NCBI GenBank assembly: GCA_031370785.1
Contig: JANMQY010000058.1
Location: 1-64,000 of the forward strand
Source: Candidatus Eiseniibacteriota bacterium
GTDB taxonomy: Bacteria > Eisenbacteria > RBG-16-71-46
Length of the DNA: 64,000 bases
Direction of reading: 5' to 3'
A program made the translations under genes and the position numbers. The notes under the pieces were generated by a model that made no database searches, had not been told where the DNA came from, and was given only the letters and a program-made list of their open reading frames with translations. Positions 1-9,296 of this stretch are shown here, piece after piece; position 1 is the first letter of the stretch, and the number at the start of each line of letters is the position of its first letter.

Positions 1-62
1 ACGCTCGCAAACAGTCCGAGCGCGAGTGCGAGTCCGGTGCCGAGGTAGTTGATCCGCTTCAT
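1..62 (-). CDS. 5' end of an exported protein running off the window (MKRINYLGTGLALALGLFAS...)
   Basis: ATG at 62 with a strong AAGGAGGA Shine-Dalgarno at 67-74; basic N-terminus followed by a hydrophobic stretch, like a signal peptide; too short for the ORF track. Confidence 0.75.
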   Translation of the reverse strand, partial: MKRINYLGTGLALALGLFAS

Positions 63-276
63 GCGTTCCTCCTTAAGAGGGGTGAGGAGCTGTGGGGGCT
101 GCGGCAACAACGCAGCTCGCGGTACGACATGCAAGGAACACGGCCGAAAGACGTGACGCGACCGTTACGCCCTTAACGCGTCCGTTGCGAGGTCCCGCGG
201 CGGCCTTCCTCAAGTTCGGAAAGCCGATGGGGGGACGGGCGAAGGCAAGGGTGCCGCGCCCGTTCGTGGCGGTCGT

Positions 277-290
277 TGAAAACGATTACA
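277..290. promoter_or_regulatory. LacI-family/cre-like operator
   Basis: TGTAATCGTTTTCA (minus strand) fits TGWAANCGNTNWCA; AT-rich island in GC-rich DNA, just downstream of a minus-strand TTGACC (305-310). Confidence 0.5.
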
Positions 291-520
291 TGCCGGCTTT
301 CGCGGGTCAAGGGAAAGTCCGTGAATCCTGCGAATGAATTTCGCTCGGGCGAGCGTCGGCCCTGCTCCCGATCCGGAATGGAGCACGAAACTCCGCATGT
401 AGCGGTTGGGAGCTGTTCGATTGGAGCGAGGGCCGCGCAATTCGGGCGTCCGGCACGGCGCGAGAGCGGGCAAGTCCGTGCCCGACCCTGAGCCCTGAGG
501 GCTCGGCCAGTCTCCCGGGC

Positions 521-3500
521 TCAGTCGCTCAGGCCAGACGCCCCACCCGTCGCCGGTGTACCCGCGAGGTCGATGGAGCGCACCGAGGCGTGCGCAGGGA
601 GCGCACCGGGCGCCCTGCCCGCTACCGCGACATCCTCCGTGGCACCGACCCGTCGCGGGTCGCCAGCGAAACGCGCCAGCAGCGTGTACACGACCGGCAC
701 CACGATCAGCGTGAGCAGGGTCGAGAACACCATGCCGCCTACGACCGCCATGCCGAGCGGCTTTCGTGATTCCGCGCCGGCGCCGAGGCCGACCGCGATC
801 GGCAGGATGCCGAAGATGGTCGCGAGCGTGGTCATCAGGATCGGGCGCAGGCGGATGACCGCTGCGCCGACCACCGCGTCGTTGATCGGCATGCCCTGCG
901 CTCGACGCTGGTTCGCGAACTCGACGATCAGGATGCCGTTCTTGGTCACCAGACCGATCAGCATGATCAGTCCGATCTGGGAATAGATGTTGATCGACAT
1001 GCGGAAGATGAACAGCGTGAGCAGCGCGCCGAAGACCGCCAGCGGCACCGAGAGCAGAATGGTCATCGGGTGGACGAAGCTCTCGAACTGCGCGGCCAGC
1101 ACCAGGAAGATGAACACCAGAGCGATGATGAACAGCAGGTTCAGCCCACCGCTCGACTCGGCGAACTCGCGCGATTCTCCGGCGAGGTCGGTGCGGACGC
1201 CCGCCGGCAGCGCCTTCTTCGCGATGCCGTTGAGATCGCTGAGCGCCTTGCCGATGGTCACGCCGGGAGCGAGGCTCGCCGAGAGCGTCGCCGAGCGCAC
1301 CCGGTTGAAATGGTTGAGCTCGCGCGGTGCCACACTCTCACGGACGTGAGTGACGCTCGCGAGCTGCACCAGCCCCCTGGTGCCGCGCACATACAGTCCG
1401 TCGATCATGGACGGGCGCGAGCGGTCCACCTTTGGCACCTGAAGCATGACCTCGTACTGGTGATTGCCACGCTTGAACCGGGTCACACGCTGGCCGCCGA
1501 GCAGCGTCTGCAGCGTCGCCCCGATGTCGGCCACCGAAACGCCGAGCTCGGCCGCGCGCTCGCGGTCGATTTCGATCTCGAGCTGCGGCTTGTTCAGCTT
1601 GAGGTCGGTGTCCATGTTGACCAGGTATCCGAGCTTCTGCGCCTCCTGGATCATCACGCCGGTGGCGCGCGCCAGCGCCTCGTAGGTATCGGCCTGGAGC
1701 ACGAACTGAACCGCCCCGCCGAACCCGCCGCCCAGCCCGGGAGGCGGAAACGCGAAGGCGAGCACGCCCGGAATGCCCATCAGGCGCGGGAAGATCATCT
1801 GCGCGATCGCCTGCGAGGGCGGGCGCTGGTTGGGAGGCTTGAGCCCGACGAACATGAAGCCGTCGGTGACCGGTCCGAACAGGCCGATCGCGGTGAACAT
1901 TCGCGAGGTGTAGGGCAGGCCCTCGTAGATTTCCTCGATCACCTGGGTGTAGCGATTGGTGTATTCGAGCGTGGCGCCCTCGGGCGAGCGGACCACGGTG
2001 AAGATCCAGCCGCGGTCTTCGCTCGGAACCAGCTCGCGCGGCAGCAGCTGGAACAGTCCGCCGATCGAGATCACGACGAGCAGGGTCGCGATCATGACCA
2101 TGCGGCGGTGCGACACCGCATAGCGCAGCCCGCGCTCGTAGCCGTTGTTGATGCGCCCGAACAGCCGGTTGAACGCGGAGACCTTGGCTGCACGCGCCGG
2201 CGCGGCGTGCACTCCATCGCCGCTGGAATGCGTGGGCTCGCCGTCGCCCGCGGCTGCGGCATCGCCCTTGCTGTCGTGCTCGCCGTCGCGACGCAGGATC
2301 CGCGAGCACAGCATCGGGGTGAGGGTCAGCGCGACGAACCCCGAGATCAGCACCGAGACCGCGACCGCGATCCCGAATTCGTTGAACAGTCGCCCGATCC
2401 GGCCGGTCAGGAACGCGACCGGCACGAACACCGCGACCAGCGCGATGGTGGTGGCCATGATCGCGAATCCGATCTCCTGTGCGCCCTCGAGCGCCGCACG
2501 CATGCGGCTCTTGCCCATTTCCATGTGGCGGTGAATGTTCTCGAGCATGACGATGGCGTCGTCGACGACCAGACCGATGGCCAGCACCAGTGCGAGCAGG
2601 GTCAGGATATTGAGGCTGAAGCCGAGCAGGTAGGTGACGGTGAAGGTGCCGATCACCGAGACCGGGATCGCCACCGCCGGAATCAGCGTGGCGCGCAGGC
2701 TCCCGAGGAACACGAAGATCACCACGAACACGAGAAGCACCGCCACGGCGAGCGAGATCACCACCTCGCGGATCGAGTCGTCGATGAAGGTCGAGGAGTC
2801 GTAGGCGACTTCGAGATGCATGCCCGCCGGCAGCGACTGACGCAGGGTGGGGATGGCATCGCGCACCGCGTGCCCGACGTCCACCGTGCTCGCCTTCTGC
2901 TGCTTGACGACTCCGAGTCCGACCGCGGGAGCGCGATTGTAGCGCGCGATGTTGCGGTCGTCTTCGGCGCCGACCTGGATCTGCGCGACATCGCTCAGGT
3001 GCACCGGCTTGCCGTTCTGATTCGAGACGATGATCGCGCTGAATTCTTCGGGGCTCGCAAGATCGCCGCGGGTGTGCACCGAGAACTCGCGCCCGCGGCC
3101 CTCGATCCTGCCCGAGGGGATCTCTGCGTTCTGCCCGCGCAGGGCGCGTTCGATGTCCGCAACCGTCATGCCGTATGCCGCGAGCCGCTGCGGGTCGAGC
3201 CACACCCGCATCGCGTAGCGGCGATTGCCGCCGATGACCACCGCGCCGACGCCGTCCAGGCGCTGGAGCTTGTCGACGAACACGTTGTAGGCCACGTCGG
3301 AAAGCTCGAGCGTGTTGAAGCCCTTTCCGAACAGGGCAAGCCAGATGATCGGCTGCGCATTGACGTCCTGCTTCGCCACCACCGGCTCATCCGCGGTCGC
3401 CGGAAGGTCTCCACGCACGCGAGAGACCCGGTCACGCACGTCGTTCGCGGCCTTGTCCACGTCGCGATTGAGATTGAACTCGATGGTGATGGTGGAGGAC

Positions 3501-3760
3501 TGCTCCTGCGATGAGGAGGTGATGAGCTTGACGCCTTCGAGCGTCGAGAGCTGCTCCTCGAGGATGTCGGTGATCTCGGTCTCGACCACCTGCGGGCTCG
3601 CGCCGCGGTAGAACGTGTTCACGCTCACCACCGGGGCGTCGATGTCCGGATATTCGCGCACCGGAAGGAAGGTGAAGGACAGTGCGCCGAACAGCAGAAT
3701 CGTGAGGCTCATCACGGTCGCGAGGACCGGACGCTCGATCGAGATCTCGCTGAGCTTCAT
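521..3760 (-). CDS. RND efflux permease, AcrB/MdtC family
   Basis: 1079 aa; N-terminal SIERPV, REYPDID, GLVVDDAIVMLEN, ALTLTPMLC, KNGILIVEFA, RLRPILMT motifs. Confidence 0.95.
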   Translation of the reverse strand: MKLSEISIERPVLATVMSLTILLFGALSFTFLPVREYPDIDAPVVSVNTFYRGASPQVVETEITDILEEQLSTLEGVKLITSSSQEQSSTITIEFNLNRDVDKAANDVRDRVSRVRGDLPATADEPVVAKQDVNAQPIIWLALFGKGFNTLELSDVAYNVFVDKLQRLDGVGAVVIGGNRRYAMRVWLDPQRLAAYGMTVADIERALRGQNAEIPSGRIEGRGREFSVHTRGDLASPEEFSAIIVSNQNGKPVHLSDVAQIQVGAEDDRNIARYNRAPAVGLGVVKQQKASTVDVGHAVRDAIPTLRQSLPAGMHLEVAYDSSTFIDDSIREVVISLAVAVLLVFVVIFVFLGSLRATLIPAVAIPVSVIGTFTVTYLLGFSLNILTLLALVLAIGLVVDDAIVMLENIHRHMEMGKSRMRAALEGAQEIGFAIMATTIALVAVFVPVAFLTGRIGRLFNEFGIAVAVSVLISGFVALTLTPMLCSRILRRDGEHDSKGDAAAAGDGEPTHSSGDGVHAAPARAAKVSAFNRLFGRINNGYERGLRYAVSHRRMVMIATLLVVISIGGLFQLLPRELVPSEDRGWIFTVVRSPEGATLEYTNRYTQVIEEIYEGLPYTSRMFTAIGLFGPVTDGFMFVGLKPPNQRPPSQAIAQMIFPRLMGIPGVLAFAFPPPGLGGGFGGAVQFVLQADTYEALARATGVMIQEAQKLGYLVNMDTDLKLNKPQLEIEIDRERAAELGVSVADIGATLQTLLGGQRVTRFKRGNHQYEVMLQVPKVDRSRPSMIDGLYVRGTRGLVQLASVTHVRESVAPRELNHFNRVRSATLSASLAPGVTIGKALSDLNGIAKKALPAGVRTDLAGESREFAESSGGLNLLFIIALVFIFLVLAAQFESFVHPMTILLSVPLAVFGALLTLFIFRMSINIYSQIGLIMLIGLVTKNGILIVEFANQRRAQGMPINDAVVGAAVIRLRPILMTTLATIFGILPIAVGLGAGAESRKPLGMAVVGGMVFSTLLTLIVVPVVYTLLARFAGDPRRVGATEDVAVAGRAPGALPAHASVRSIDLAGTPATGGASGLSD

Positions 3761-4866
3761 TGACTCACCACCGGCATGACGTGGGCTCCCTCGTACAGCT
3801 TCTGGTGGCCGGCGCTCACCACGCGCTGTCCGGGCTCGAGGCCCCGCACCACCTCGACCCGCGAGGAATCACGGGTACCGATCTGGATCGCGGCCTTCGC
3901 CACCGTGCTGTCGGGCTTGACCACGAACACGAAGTTCTGGCCGCCTTCGGCGAACACCGCTTCGTCGGGAATGGTCAGCGCCTTGCCACGCTCGGAGACG
4001 GTGAGCGCGACATCGGCCGACATTCCGGGCCTGAGCCGGCCGCCGGTGTTGGGAATGCGCGCGACCAGGCGCACCGTGCGCGTGTCGGGATCCACCATCG
4101 GGTTGATGACGGCCAGGCGGCCCTCGAAGGGCTGTCCGGGATAGGCCGGCGTCGTGATCACCACCACCCGTCCGGGACGCATCTCGCCCATCAGGCGCTC
4201 GGGCGCGGCGAACGTCACTTTGAGCGTGCTCAGGCGCGCGAGGTCGGTGATCGGATCGCCGACCCTGAGGTAGGCGCCGACCGAGACCTTGCGCGTGCCG
4301 ACCACGCCATCGAAAGGCGCGCGGATGCGGGTCTTCTCGAGCCGCACCTTGGCCTGCGAGGCATTGGCCTCGGCCACATCCAGCGCGGCGCGCGCGTTGT
4401 CGCGCTCGCTCGCCGAGATCGCATTCTGCTCGAACAGCTTCTGCGCGCGCTCGAAGTTGCCCGCCGCCAGCGAGCGTTGCGCCTCGGCGCGCTTCGCGTC
4501 GGCAGCGTACTCGCGGTCGTCGAGCTGGGCGAGCAGCGCACCGGCCTTCACGTGCTGGCCCTCAGTGAACGGGAGCGCGATCACCTTGCCGGGCAGTTCG
4601 CTCACGACCTGGATATTCTCGTCGGATTCGATCGAGCCGACCGCGTGGAATTCGTCCCGCACCGTCTGCGACCGGACTTCGGCGACCTCGACCGGAGTGG
4701 GGGGCATCTGGAACCCGCCCTTGCCACCTGCCTTGGGTGCGCATGAAGTTGCGAGCGCAGCGATCATCAGGAGAACTGCGAGAAGGGTGTGGATTCGAAT
4801 CATGAATCGTAGGGCCGCGGGCGCGCGAAGCACGACCGCACGAGACTGCAGGAGGGGATAGAGCAT
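3757..4866 (-). CDS. RND periplasmic adaptor (MFP), probable lipoprotein; start may be ATG at 4803
   Basis: Barrel-sandwich GQHVKAGALLAQLD, IRAPFDG, LRPGM motifs; LATSC lipobox; ATGA overlap with the permease. Confidence 0.92.
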   Translation of the reverse strand: MLYPLLQSRAVVLRAPAALRFMIRIHTLLAVLLMIAALATSCAPKAGGKGGFQMPPTPVEVAEVRSQTVRDEFHAVGSIESDENIQVVSELPGKVIALPFTEGQHVKAGALLAQLDDREYAADAKRAEAQRSLAAGNFERAQKLFEQNAISASERDNARAALDVAEANASQAKVRLEKTRIRAPFDGVVGTRKVSVGAYLRVGDPITDLARLSTLKVTFAAPERLMGEMRPGRVVVITTPAYPGQPFEGRLAVINPMVDPDTRTVRLVARIPNTGGRLRPGMSADVALTVSERGKALTIPDEAVFAEGGQNFVFVVKPDSTVAKAAIQIGTRDSSRVEVVRGLEPGQRVVSAGHQKLYEGAHVMPVVSQ

Positions 4867-4961
4867 GTCGCTAAGATAGCCTTTCTACAGCTTTCGGTTC
4901 ACGCAGAATGCGCGCGACCCGCGCCGGTCGGGGGAAGTGCCGCGCCGGGCGTTGTCGGTTT

Positions 4962-5819
4962 TCATGAGTGGCGCGCGATCAGGCGCGACGTGACTGGCCC
5001 CTCGGTGGGGTCGGGCTCTTCACTGAGCAGGATCTCGAGCCCTGCGAATGCCGCAACGAGCTCGCCGCTCTCGAGCAGATAGCGACGGTTCTTCGGGCGA
5101 CCGAACCGTTCCTGGCCCGTGCGGTAGGTCTCGTAGATCAGCACTCCGCCGGGGGTGAGCGCGGTCGCCAGGCGTGGCAGCAGCGCGCGGTGGAGGAAGC
5201 GGAAACAGGTGACGAGCGCGAAGCGCGATTCCGGAAGCGCTGCGGCGTCGTGCTCGAGGTCGCACACGACGCTGCGCAGGGCGACTCCGTGGCGGGCAGC
5301 GAGCGCCTCGCCGCCCGCCAGCGCCTCGGCGTCGTGATCCCACGCCTCGACCTGGAAGCCCTGAAGGGCGAGCCACACCGCGTCGCGTCCCGCGCCCGCG
5401 GCAATGTCGGCGGCAGGACCGTCGGGCACCACATCGCGAAACCGCGCGAGCGCTTCCTCGAGGAATGGAGCGGGACGCCACAGCCTTGCGGGTGGACCGG
5501 TCACCCAGCGCGCCGGATCGCGCTCGAGCTCTCCCGAGCCCGGCCATCCGCATGCGACGCGCGCTTCAGGCCAGCCCATCTCGATCAGTGCCGACGCCGC
5601 GGCGTGCGCTTCCTCCGCGTCCGCGCCGATTGCGATCACGCTGCGCCCGGGCGGCGGCAGTTCGGAGCGGCGCGCCTTCAGCTCGGCGAGCGGAATGTGC
5701 CCGCTGTCCGCGAGGTGTGCGGCCGCGAACGCATCCTCGCCACGCACGTCGATCACGTCCAGCTCGTTCGGTGGGCGGGCGAGCAGCGCGCTCAGCGAGA
5801 AGGGGGCCGCGGCAGCCAT
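4962..5819 (-). CDS. Rhodanese-like domain fused to a class I SAM methyltransferase (TehB-like)
   Basis: N-terminal IDVRGEDAFAAAHLADSGHIP rhodanese signature; C-terminal DIAAGAGRDAVWLA motif I, CFRFLHR, PGGVLIYET. Confidence 0.8.
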   Translation of the reverse strand: MAAAAPFSLSALLARPPNELDVIDVRGEDAFAAAHLADSGHIPLAELKARRSELPPPGRSVIAIGADAEEAHAAASALIEMGWPEARVACGWPGSGELERDPARWVTGPPARLWRPAPFLEEALARFRDVVPDGPAADIAAGAGRDAVWLALQGFQVEAWDHDAEALAGGEALAARHGVALRSVVCDLEHDAAALPESRFALVTCFRFLHRALLPRLATALTPGGVLIYETYRTGQERFGRPKNRRYLLESGELVAAFAGLEILLSEEPDPTEGPVTSRLIARHS

Positions 5820-6905
5820 CTACGAAACGATCGGCAGATCGCAGCAATCGCCGGTCGGAATCGACTTGCCGTGCGGGCAGCGCCGCGGATGTCCGAGGAA
5901 CGAGCAGATGCTGTCGGTCACCTCGGGATCGATGATGTGTTCCATGCGGCACGCCGCCATCTCGACCTCGGGCTCGGGCAGGTGCATCGCCGAGGTGAAC
6001 AGCACTTCGGCGAGGCGGCGGCGGCGCACCAGATCTCTCGCCCGCTCGCGCCCGCGCGGCGTGAACTCGAGCGTCTCGCCGGGCTGGAACACGAGGCCGC
6101 TCTCGAACATGCCGAGCAGCGTGCGGCGATTGTCGACCACGTCCGGAACCCGGATGCGGCGCGCCTCGGGCACCCGCCCGTCCTCTTCCAGGCTCCACAT
6201 CTGCACCAGCACCTCGTCGTAGCGGCGCTCGATCTCTTCGCTCGGCACGGTGAGATCGGCGAGCTGTCCGTGGCGCAGCTCGACGCGCCGGTCCGCGAGG
6301 TGGCCGATGCGCGGCGCGTGGGTCACGGTCACGATGGTGTGGCCCTCGGCGTGCAGCTCGCGCAGCAGCCGGAGCACGCGATCCTCGTTGTCGGCATCGA
6401 GGTTTCCGGTGGGCTCGTCGGCCAGGATGAGCTTAGGTCTGTTGATGAGCGCGCGCGCCACGCACACGCGCTGCTGCTCTCCGCCCGAAAGCTGCGCCGG
6501 CAGATGCCGCGCCCGATCCTTGAGCCCGACGCGCTCGAGCGCCGCCAGCGCCTCGCGCTCGTCGGCGACCGAGTGGTAGTGCTGCGCGACCATGATGTTC
6601 TCGACCGCACTCAGGAACGCGAACAGGTGGAACTGCTGGAAGATCATGCCGACCCGCGTACGGCGGAAGCGCACCCGCCCGCTCTCCGAGAGTGCGCTCA
6701 GGTCGGCGCCATCCACGATCACGCGCCCGGAGGTCGGCCGATCCAGGGCGCCGAGCAGATTGACCAGCGTGCTCTTGCCCGAGCCCGACGGCCCCATCAC
6801 CGCGAGCCACTCGCCGGCCCGGATCTCGAGGTCCACCTGATCGAGCGCGCGCAGGGCACCGTAGTGCCTCGAGACGCGCTCCAGTCGGACCAGCGGCTCG
6901 GCCAT
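5820..6905 (-). CDS. ABC ATPase (LolD/MacB-like) fused to a C-terminal DtxR/MntR metal-binding/dimerisation domain
   Basis: True start MAEPLVRL at 6905 (361 aa); GPSGSGKS, LSGGEQQR, ILADEPTGNLD, VTH; then FTPRGR...RRRRLAE...ACRMEH...LGHPRRCPHGKSIP. Confidence 0.9.
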   Translation of the reverse strand: MAEPLVRLERVSRHYGALRALDQVDLEIRAGEWLAVMGPSGSGKSTLVNLLGALDRPTSGRVIVDGADLSALSESGRVRFRRTRVGMIFQQFHLFAFLSAVENIMVAQHYHSVADEREALAALERVGLKDRARHLPAQLSGGEQQRVCVARALINRPKLILADEPTGNLDADNEDRVLRLLRELHAEGHTIVTVTHAPRIGHLADRRVELRHGQLADLTVPSEEIERRYDEVLVQMWSLEEDGRVPEARRIRVPDVVDNRRTLLGMFESGLVFQPGETLEFTPRGRERARDLVRRRRLAEVLFTSAMHLPEPEVEMAACRMEHIIDPEVTDSICSFLGHPRRCPHGKSIPTGDCCDLPIVS

Positions 6906-6907
6906 CT

Positions 6908-8041
6908 TCAGTCTCCCTTGAGTGCCGCGGCCGGCTCGACCGCAAGCGCGAGACGGATCGGCCCGAGGCCGGCCATCGCCGCGACCGCGAGCGACAGGCC
7001 GAGCACGATCAGCGGTACATCGCCGCGCAGCGCGATCGAGGTGTGGAAGACCTCGCGTCCGATGATGCCCGCGAACCCGAGGCCGATCAGCCAGCCGAAC
7101 GCGCCGCCGAGCAGGCCGATCATCAGCGACTCGCTCGCGAACAGCCGGATCACGTCGCGCCGCGTCGCGCCGAGCGACTTCATCAGCGCCACATCGCGCC
7201 GCCGCTCGAGCGCGAGGTCGGTGAGCGTGCCGAACGCGCAGAGCCCGGCGGCGACCAGCGCCGCGGCGGTGACCAGCGCCATCAGGCGGCGCATGCGCTC
7301 GAGCAATCCGGCCTCGGTGTCGGTGAGCGCGTGCAGCACCATCACGCGTGCGCCTCCTCCGCGCTCGAGATTCGCGGTGGCGCGCACCGCAGCCGGCGCG
7401 CCGCCTTCGATGCGCGCCTGGAACAGGCTCACCTGATCGGGGCGGCCGCTCAGAGCCTGTGCCTCCGCGAGCGGGATCCAGAACGCGTCGTCGTCCGCGC
7501 CGCCGGCCTCGATCCGGGCGCCGACCGGAAGTGTCCTCGTGCGTCCGCCGGCGCCTTCGAGCACGAGCCGTCCCCCGGGACTTACCCCGAGTCTCTCCGC
7601 GAGGCGCCGGCCAATCAGGGTTGCTCCGTCGCCGTCTTCCACGCGCCACGCGGGATGGAGCCGTCGCGCGGCCGCGAGATCGGTTCCGATCACCGGAACG
7701 GATTGCCCGTTCGCGCGCGCGATCACGACCAGCTGCGGCGCGTGATCGATGCCGGCGGCACGCAGGCGCTCGCGCATCGCACGCTCGGGCAGAAACGCGC
7801 CGGGCGCTCCGAGCGTCGCGCCGCCGGTTCCGCCATCGAGCGTGTCGGGCACCAGCAGCAGGTTGGGTCCGAGTGCGCGCAGCTCGTGCGAGAGCTGATC
7901 CCCGACGTCGCGCGAGACGTGAAGCAGGGCCGAGGCGACCGAGGCGCCGATCGCGATCGCCATGACCGCCAGCGTCGCGGTCCCTCGACGGCGCCACATT
8001 CCCGCCCAGGCCAGGCGCATTTCCATCCGCGGATCACGCAT
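6908..8041 (-). CDS. ABC permease, FtsX/MacB family
   Basis: N-terminal TM, LGPNLLLVP periplasmic start, ERRRDVALMKSLGA motif, three C-terminal TMs ending EPAAALKGD; start overlaps upstream stop. Confidence 0.88.
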   Translation of the reverse strand: MRDPRMEMRLAWAGMWRRRGTATLAVMAIAIGASVASALLHVSRDVGDQLSHELRALGPNLLLVPDTLDGGTGGATLGAPGAFLPERAMRERLRAAGIDHAPQLVVIARANGQSVPVIGTDLAAARRLHPAWRVEDGDGATLIGRRLAERLGVSPGGRLVLEGAGGRTRTLPVGARIEAGGADDDAFWIPLAEAQALSGRPDQVSLFQARIEGGAPAAVRATANLERGGGARVMVLHALTDTEAGLLERMRRLMALVTAAALVAAGLCAFGTLTDLALERRRDVALMKSLGATRRDVIRLFASESLMIGLLGGAFGWLIGLGFAGIIGREVFHTSIALRGDVPLIVLGLSLAVAAMAGLGPIRLALAVEPAAALKGD

Positions 8042-9293
8042 GGCCGCGGAGCACCGTCGCCGGTTCCGAGCCGATCGCCACGCGCAGCGGACCGACCGTG
8101 CCGAACCAGGCCACGCCCGCCGCGAGAACCAGCGCCAGCGGGAGCAGGAGCGGCTGTACCGAGCCTCCCGAGCCGAAGGTGTCGCCGCGGATCGCGGCCG
8201 CGGCAAGACTGCCGAGCCCCCAGCCGAGCACGCCGCCCGCGAGCGAGACCAGCAGCGTCTCGCCGAACAACAGGATCGAGAGCTGCTGCGACGAAGCGCC
8301 CAGCACGCGAAGCAGCGCGACCTCGGCGCGGCGCTCGACGACCGTCGCCGCCGTGGTCGAGAGCAGCCCGAGCGTCGAGGCGGTCACCGCGGCGAGGCCG
8401 AGCAGCAGCATCAGCAGGTTGAGGCGCCCGACCACGTGCTCTTCGCCGGCCACGCGCTCCGAAAGCGGGATGACGTCGGCGGCGAGACGTTCGCCGAGTC
8501 CCTTTGCGACGTTTGCCGGGAACGCGCCGCAGCTGTAGCGCTCGTAGCCCTTGGGATCGCGCACCGGATCGGGGGGCGCGCCGCGCGGCGCGGGGCGCAC
8601 CAGCACGCTCACCCACACCCGATCCACCTCGCCCGGCCGGCCGGCCAGCTGCTGTGCGAGCGCGAGCGGCACCCATGCCGCGCGGTCCTCGAACCCGTCG
8701 GCCGCGACCACGCCGGTCACCACTGCGCTCATCCGGCGCTCGCCCGAGACCATCGTGACCTGACTGCCGGGCGTCGCGCCGATTTGCGTGGCCAGCCGGC
8801 GGCCGAGTGCGATCTCGTCGCCTTCCTCGTGCGGCCAGCGCCCCGCGACCTTCCATGTCGGATGGAGTCTCGCGAGCCCCGTGCTCCAGATCTCTCCGCC
8901 TGCCGCGATGCTGCGGCTGAACCAGGTTCCACGCAGCGGGGCGCGCGTGCCGTCGATCTCGACCGAGAGCGTGAGCTCGGGCGCGGCCTCGAGCACGTTG
9001 TTCTTCCAGAACGTGCTCTTGAGCGCGGCTACCGCGCTGTCGCCGAGCGCGACTCCGGCGCGCGCCGGCTCGAAGGTGGCGCCGCCCACGTCGAGCGGCC
9101 AGCGCGCGCCGGCGGGCAGCGCGACGAAGTTGGGACCCGCGGCGCGCAGCGTGCGCGCCAGATCGTCACCGACGCGTAGCGCCAGCGTGGCCAGCGCGGT
9201 CGCGACCGCGACTCCCAGCGTCACCGCCATCAACGCGAGCGCCACCCGCGCGCGACGCGCGCGAAGCGAGCCCCACAGCATCCGCCCCAGCAC
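8034..9293 (-). CDS. ABC permease, FtsX/MacB family
   Basis: GPNFVALP, FWKNNV, ERRAEVALLRVLGA, ends EPATVLRGHA; paralogous to the downstream permease. Confidence 0.88.
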   Translation of the reverse strand: MLGRMLWGSLRARRARVALALMAVTLGVAVATALATLALRVGDDLARTLRAAGPNFVALPAGARWPLDVGGATFEPARAGVALGDSAVAALKSTFWKNNVLEAAPELTLSVEIDGTRAPLRGTWFSRSIAAGGEIWSTGLARLHPTWKVAGRWPHEEGDEIALGRRLATQIGATPGSQVTMVSGERRMSAVVTGVVAADGFEDRAAWVPLALAQQLAGRPGEVDRVWVSVLVRPAPRGAPPDPVRDPKGYERYSCGAFPANVAKGLGERLAADVIPLSERVAGEEHVVGRLNLLMLLLGLAAVTASTLGLLSTTAATVVERRAEVALLRVLGASSQQLSILLFGETLLVSLAGGVLGWGLGSLAAAAIRGDTFGSGGSVQPLLLPLALVLAAGVAWFGTVGPLRVAIGSEPATVLRGHA

Positions 9294-9296
9294 GCT

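Noticed and set aside
130..147. Possible sigma54 promoter CGGCCGTGTTCCTTGCA on the minus strand upstream of the edge gene
   Set aside because: GG to GC spacing is 11 nt, not the required 10
1070..3514. Long antisense/alternative-frame ORFs (also 4968-7436, 21912-25298, 34276-36735, 54962-57169, 60944-63430)
   Set aside because: Shadow ORFs of high-GC coding DNA, overlapping genes with clear family motifs
6906..7997. Apparent 725-aa ATPase with long Arg-rich N-terminus; similar extensions on many ORF-track entries (e.g. 1120-aa PrsR, 991-aa IleRS)
   Set aside because: Extensions overlap the upstream gene or the T-box; real starts lie at stop/start overlaps or after SD sequences
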